A DNA stretch of 64,000 nucleotides from Klebsormidium nitens (Eukaryota; Plantae; Klebsormidiophyceae): contig DF237130.1 of NCBI GenBank assembly GCA_000708835.1, forward strand, positions 1-64,000. Reading direction: 5' to 3'. Positions 57,601-64,000 of the stretch are shown here, in pieces (position 1 is the stretch's first letter; each line of letters begins with the position of its first letter). The notes under the pieces were generated by a model. It searched no databases. It was not told the DNA's origin and was given only the letters and a program-made list of their open reading frames with translations. A program made the translations under genes and the position numbers.

Positions 57601-60600
57601 CTCCCTCCTCATCTCCTCCTGCCCCATCAGCCGCAGCCTCTTCGTTCCGCCCCTCTAGTTCTCCCCCAAGTTCCGTGCCGCGTTCTTCCGCTTTCTCACC
57701 CTCAATCTGCGCTCTCTCCGGCGCACCCATCTCCCCGGCCCGGAACCGCCGGTCCGCAACGACCAGATCATCTTCGTCCAGCTGCGATCCGTTGTCGCCG
57801 TATTCTGCCACCCCATCCTTTCCGTCCCGCTGTTCGGAACCTTCCCTGGGGTCTCTGCCGCCCCTCCCGCTGCGCTGACGACCATCGCGAGTTTCCATGA
57901 CGTCACCATCGTCGTCGCCCTCTCTTATGACGTCATCCGCGACTTGTCTCTCCTTATCATCAGATACAACTTCCCGCCCACTGCCAACGCCACCTCCGTC
58001 CTTCGCAGCTGTCGAGCCCCTTCGCCTTGAGCGCTCAAACCGTCCGCCTAGCTCTTCCTCACTGTCAGCACCTGCAGCGTAGCGCCCGTTCCTATCGTCC
58101 ATACGCCGCTCGCCACCCCTCTTGCGCTCTGGCGTCCTCTCGTCGCGCAAATGCTCCCTGCGCGCGTTTCGTGCAGCATCGTCTGCACTTGCATCGCGCC
58201 TGCGATCCGACCGCTCTCTTCTCGGCCCCCCTCTCCCTTCCCCAACTACTCCTTCTCGGCTTTCCTCTCTTTCTGCTCTCGCCCCCCGCTGGCGCGAGTC
58301 CCGTTCAGGCCGGTCATCTCGAACCTCATTATGATCACGAGCCCGGCCGTCTCGATAATCGCCGGTTTCCCTAACCGGCAGTCTATCTTCTTCCAAACCC
58401 CTCGACGCCCCCCGATGCCGATCCTCGCGCCACCTCTCTCCGTCCAAGCCCCTGGATACCCCTCTAGATCTGCCGTCCCGCCGCCCCCCCTCTTCCACGC
58501 CCCTCGAAGCCCCCCTGTACCTGTCTTCCCGGACTCTTTCCTCCTCGTCTTCTCGATATCGCCGGTCATGTAACCTTGGCCCCTCGAAACCCTCCCTCCG
58601 GCGCTCGTCTCTTGCAAACCGCTCCCGGTCTAGGCTTCTGTCCGGCTCTCTCTCGCCCCGCAGCCTTCTCTCCCGTTCTTGCCGGTCTCTTTCCTCGCGC
58701 GCCAGCCGCTCGTCCCGTTCCCGCCGCCGCGCAGCGTAAACCTCGTCTGGCAGGCGGCCGTCTCTGCCTCGGCCTCCCCTGCAGATACATGTGGGACACG
58801 AGGAACGTCAGGACAAATGGTGGCACGGGGAGCTTCACCAACAAGCACAGTGTTGGTGTCAGGAAGGAAACTTTGAGCTGCTTCTGAGGGAACAGCCCAT
58901 AAAAATGGAAATACGCCGCTTCAATATTTCCTTCTGCGCCATCTCTGTCTCTGCGCAGGGAGAAAATGGTGTTAAGAGCAACCGAAGTGAGGAATTCGAG
59001 TCATGCGATTCAAAAAGCAGGCAAAGCAGAGATGGAATCGACTTGCAGTCTTTCTCCTCCTTAAGAGCTAGGTGCCGGAAGCTCTTGGTCATCAATTCAA
59101 CATCCGGCAGGAAAGAATGGCCCAGTGCGCGGCTGCAGGCAAACCAGACCGCTCAAAACCAAGCAGGATAAATATGAGCAATACAAGCCCTTCCAAACAC
59201 TACAAAAAAGCTGGCCCTCACCTTCCGCGAAACTCGCCTGGTCCCCTGCCCTCTCCAAACCACCCGGGGCCGCGGCCACCAAAACCAGCCCCCCCGCCCA
59301 TCCCGTCTCGCCTCCCCTCAAACTGGTGCCTCATAAACTCGTCATACTCTGCCGCCCTTCGGGGGTCTAACGGCCGTCCGAACGGGTCCAACTCAATCGG
59401 ACGCCCGAAATCGTCGTACACTACCCGGACAGCCGGCAAAGGCCGGCCAAACTCGTCGAAACGCACCGTCGCTGGCGGGTAGGGACCGGGCTTAGCTCTT
59501 GATCTTTCGACCGGGCGTCTCGACTTTCGTCGGGAGTCGTCGGACGAAGACTCTGAGCCAGAGTAAGATCCGGACTCCGATCCCGACTCCGACTCGGAAG
59601 ATGACTCTTCCGAGCTGGTCTCCTCGGAGCTCGACTTCTCCTCCTTTCTGCGCGCTCTCGAAGCACCTGTTGCGGGCCCCCTGCCGGGCAGTGGTCGGGG
59701 AACAGGCCCCGGACGCGTCCCAGGGTAAGGCTGACCCCAGGGACCGTCTACCGGGCCAAAAGGAGGCCTCATACCGGGCTCAAAGGGCCCGGGGGGATAG
59801 AACTGGCCACCGTTGGGGCCATAAAACGGTCCGTCCGGTCCTGGGGGAAACCCCGGCCCTTGCATGCCCCAGTAAGGTCCGTCGAAGTAAGCTCCAGCCG
59901 GGCCATACGGCGGGAACGGAGGCCGAAAACCTGGCTCCTCGCCCCAGTAGGGGGGTCGCTCGGGCGCACCCACCGGCCCCCCTGGGACGAACGGGGGCCG
60001 CGTCGGACCTGGCCGGGGGAGAAACGGGCGCCCGTCACCTCGGCTCAGGGGGCGATCCCGGCTGGGCTCTCGGAGCCCCCTCTGTTCTCGAAGTCGATCT
60101 TGCCTGCCCCCCGGGCCTTCGCTCTTTTCCGGGGGGGTCGACAGACGGCTTCTGGAGGGAGATCGCGAGTGCTCCCTTGGTGCCAACTCCTTCCCGTCCG
60201 ACCTTTCCTGCTTGACGATGGGTTCCGCCGCGCCCTCCCCTGCTTCCAGTTTCACCTCCCCCAGCTTCTCCTGTATATCCTCAGGTGCTTCTCCCCGCTT
60301 TCCTAGTGGCTCTTTCCCCTCTTCTACAGACCCTTTCCGGGTCTCTTCCGCTTCCTCTTTAACCACTAACTCAGCCTCCCTTTCACCAACTAACTCCTCC
60401 TTTATCCCGCTCGTGTTTCGCTCGGTTTGGTCGCCGCCGTTGCTAAGCTCCGCCTGACCCATTCTTTCACTACCATCTCCGATAGCTGTTTCTCCTGAAC
60501 CACCCTCCAGAGCAAGAGCGGTCTCGGGAGCTGGCTCGACTGAACGGTGTTCCTCCCTATCTACAATAGCTGTTTTCGGCGCCGACGGGGGCGCCACGTC

Positions 60601-63427
60601 ACTCTGAACTTGGATCTGTGCAAGACATGACGGTGTATCAGCCAATTGACGAAGGGACTGTCCTATGCCGCAAAGTTGGAGCTCGCAACGTAGAGACCGC
60701 CAGAATCAGCATTTGAATCCCTCCGGCAGAAATCCGCATTCGATTACGGGAAGAAACGCAGAACAAGGAACGATGTGCCCGACAGAGGTATCAAAGGAGT
60801 TCAAAAAGGCTAACTTCAAGTCACACCGACGTTGGGGTTTTTCTTCCTCAGAACCCTTCATTAAGCAACCTTTGCGGATGCTGTGCGAAGTCTCTTCGCT
60901 TCCAATATGGCAGCACCGCTATCCAATTCATGACAATCTCCTGGTTCTTGGAACGTGCAATCTCTTCTGAGCAACGTTTTGTGAGGGTTTTCAAATCACA
61001 TCTCAGAACCAGACAGAATTGCAACATCTCCTCGTAACATCCGCCTAAGCAAAACCCTCTCACCAAGGCCTGAGATTGGACGGGCGGTAGCAACTCTTGT
61101 GCGAAGTGGAATCCAAACCTGACAAGGTCGATGCTCTGTGCAACAAGACCTGTGCCAACTCTGAATGTTACAGAAACGCGATCAAAGACTGGAAAGCTTA
61201 CCTCAATGACTGCATCTGCATCTCTCGGTCTAAATCTTCGGAGATCAGCGGTTGGTCCGCCGCGATGGGCCTGGAAGGCATTGGGGCGACCCATCTGCAG
61301 GAGAACAAAGACCGATTGGCATCCAGGTTTTAAAGAGGACCATCCATTACTAGGCTTAACCCTTTCGGCCCTGCAAAGCGAGCGTTGCCACAGCGATCGA
61401 CATCCTTGAAAGGCAAGCGGAGTAAACAGATTCTTCAACACAACAAAAGGGAACCATGAGGCACAACGAATGCACAACGAGGCTGAGCACACAGAAGACG
61501 GCAGAGCAGCCTAACCAGCCTCCACCAAGCAGCTCAGCGCCCATTCCAAAGATGTCGTCCATCACCAGAAAAACCACAACAAGAAAAAGAAGAACAATCC
61601 TTGCATCCTCACGAAACCTGAAACCAGAGGCCACTTCCTGCACTCTCGTTTGAGTACTCGAAGGTAGTCAAAATCCAAACGGCATCCTCAGCAACGGTGG
61701 CTGCCCGTCGTTTCCAAACCGAGAGCTTCTTGACGATCTTTAAAAGTCGTTCTCGCTGCTCGAGAACACGTCTCGTCAAAATTTTGACCGTCTCTTCTGC
61801 CTTTGATAAGGAACGGACCCTGTCTGTGACGATCTCAACAAGTGCCGTTTCCCATTTGCTTTCTCGGCCCGTCAAAAAGCTTTTGCATCCTCGTTTGATC
61901 CACTCTTGAAGATGCCCCGCGATCCTTCTCATGCTCAACCAAAGCAAAACGTTTACATCAGACCGTCCCGACAAGCATCTTCACCTGCTGCTGCTGTCCC
62001 CCGGTATCCAAATTGAGCAGGGACGCGAGCTCGGGCGGCAGGTCCGGGTCTGCTTCGGGGCCGTTCGCGGTGCGGCTCTCGTACACCCGGATCTTACTCT
62101 GCATCGTCTGCTCCAAGCGGGCCTGTGCCTGCATAACAAGAACGAGATGCCTGCTAAAAAAGAGACTGAGTGGACAACAAATATTCCCGGTGAAAAGAAA
62201 GAGTGGATGACGTAGTTCCTGTTGAGACGGGACTGAGTGGATACTCTACTTGATCAATTGAGAACGCAACTGAGAGGTTGGACTGACACTGACAGGAGTC
62301 CAAGCGACATGAGAAGCATGCAGTCTTGACAGAGTGTTCTCGAGGTGACGGGCTTGTGTCGCAGAGACTGGTTGAAGCACTTCTGCATCGTCTTTAACGC
62401 GGAGGTCAGAGGAGAAAGACGAGAGGATCGACTTGCGAAGCACTGCGGTACTCGCAGCAGCAGACTGCATTGGGTAGAACATTGCTTCGAGAAGTGCCAA
62501 TGAGTGCGAACTGGCATAACTGAGCAGACCGAAAATTCGATGCTTTATTAAACTTTAGGCTCTTTGGCGGGCCGCTTCAGAGAAACCTGATCCAGTAGCC
62601 CTCATACCAGCCTTCTGAAAAGAGGGCGGTCTTACCAGTTGCTGGCAGTAGGCATGCCAGGTCTGTTCGTTGAGTTCGAAGTTGAAATAGTCCGACACGT
62701 CAGTGCCCGCAAACCGCCACGGCTTCATCTCCAGCTCCTCCAGGTTCAGATCAAACACGTGGCTGCAGGCAGAGCGATCATTTCTGTGAGCTTTCCACCA
62801 GACACCCTCGCCTGGGACTGCAGACAGCGGCGAAGGCCTGTTTGCAGTTTTCAAGTGCACATCAGCATGGATCCCCGACATGATAGATCATATCTGTGGT
62901 GGTGTCAGACAGGCAAGCTACCCGGAAGTGTGCACTGTTGCCTCCAGAAATGCAATGGTTTCCGTCCCTGAGATGCTACCAGCTCCGCTCTTGCTCTAGG
63001 CCAGCCTGCCAAGAGGCATGCCTTTCCTAAGCACGTGTATGGCTTCAAAAGTCAACGAGACGCAAGCACTCTTCTGTCGATTAACCTACTCCCTATTTTC
63101 TTGATCCGCTGATATCGCCAGAAGGAATGAACGGTTCCTCTTGAAGACACTTCAGAAGCCACTATGTCACTTTACTTGTTACCGGACAGGAATGGCAAAC
63201 AGCAAGAAGAAAACTAGAGAGCAGCACCGTCTCAGGCTCCATTCAATACTTGTCCCATTTGTGCTGTCCTTCTGATTCAGACTACATTTACGGACTTCCT
63301 ACCTTGCGTTTGGAAAGTACACATCATTCCCCCGCTGCTGCTGCCCCCACCGGCGGCCCCCCCTGCCGCCATACTGCATCCCATTTTGCATCTGAGAGAC
63401 ATCCTGAACTGGCCGCTCTTCCAGTGC
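54658..63427 (-). CDS. FIP1: FIP1-like pre-mRNA polyadenylation factor (plant FIPS5 type), multi-exon, 5' partial, with very long R/E/G-rich C-terminal exons
   Basis: Fip1 motif FDLNLEELEMKPWRFAGTDVSDYFNFELNEQTWHAYC (62640-62760) and QARLEQTMQSKIRVYES...DPDLPPELA (about 62000-62140). The ORFs at 59218-60645, 57224-58498 and 54969-56693 are its downstream exons. Confidence 0.85.
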
Positions 63428-64000
63428 CTGGTCAGCGGGTTTGGGTCCAGCCACACCAGAAGATGGTAGCGACTGCAAAATGAAGATCGAGAGATCGATA
63501 CTCCAAGTCATAATGCGGGCTCTTTTCAAAACCAAGCGCTTGCTGTCTGGAGCAAGTTTCAAAACTTGTCATTTGGAACGGGTCATAATATGGTGCAACA
63601 TGATGGGAAAAGGAGGAATAACTGGACAGAATGTTGCTTGCATTTCGTCGGACAATTCACAGATACAACTTTATGACGTGCAAACATACTGGCTGTACAA
63701 TTCAATAGTGATGCAGGCGTGTCCATCCTGTCTCGATATCGAGCCAAGCAACTTGAAAGTTGACCTCTCAATGAAAATTAGGAAGTTCCTAGCAGACAAA
63801 ATGATGACAAAGTTCGATAAGCAATGCTGATATTCAAATGCAAGGAGCATGGTCAAGATTGAGTTACTACTGAAGAAAGCACACGAGATCAGCACAAACT
63901 GACACAGCATGTTCCACCGAAAGCATCTGTTTCGGCTCACTTAAAAGAGCTTGACAGTGAGGAGAATCAGGTCTCTGTGCGGCATAACAAGTATCACACA

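Noticed and set aside
54969-60645. R/E-rich and P/G-rich ORFs as independent genes or transposon proteins
   Set aside because: They begin at non-ATG codons, join through GT-AG boundaries and lie downstream of the Fip1-motif exons on the same strand.

Overview
This is eukaryotic genomic DNA with four scaffold gaps. The gene set and intron style suggest a green or streptophyte alga such as Klebsormidium (inference only). The window has three zones. (1) From about 184 to 13674 lies a tightly packed, almost intronless cluster of giant-virus (NCLDV, phycodnavirus-like) genes: AEP primase, D5-like helicase, HPD/J-like protein, aquaporin, C5 DNA methyltransferase, a RING protein, an EsV-1-7-repeat protein, TFIIB and a Pro-rich protein. 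It shows signs of residence in a host chromosome. A 152-bp GT-AG intron splits the helicase Walker A motif (GT|GKS). A TG...CA element with a 5-bp target duplication (AACAT) interrupts the methyltransferase. Several other genes carry frameshifts or deletions. (2) From about 14.4 to 19 kb is a repeat zone with a 1.9-kb non-autonomous hAT-like element (8-bp TSD) that contains a nested 313-bp MITE. (3) From about 19 to 64 kb are intron-rich host genes: TruB, TVP38/VTT, a GH5 mannanase-like protein with substituted active-site residues and a C-terminal TM segment, cytochrome b561, an LRR protein, MgtE, a frameshifted bacterial/fungal-like oxidoreductase, a decayed intronless F-box/LRR gene and a large FIP1-like gene. 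All calls come from reading the sequence by hand; no database searches were run.
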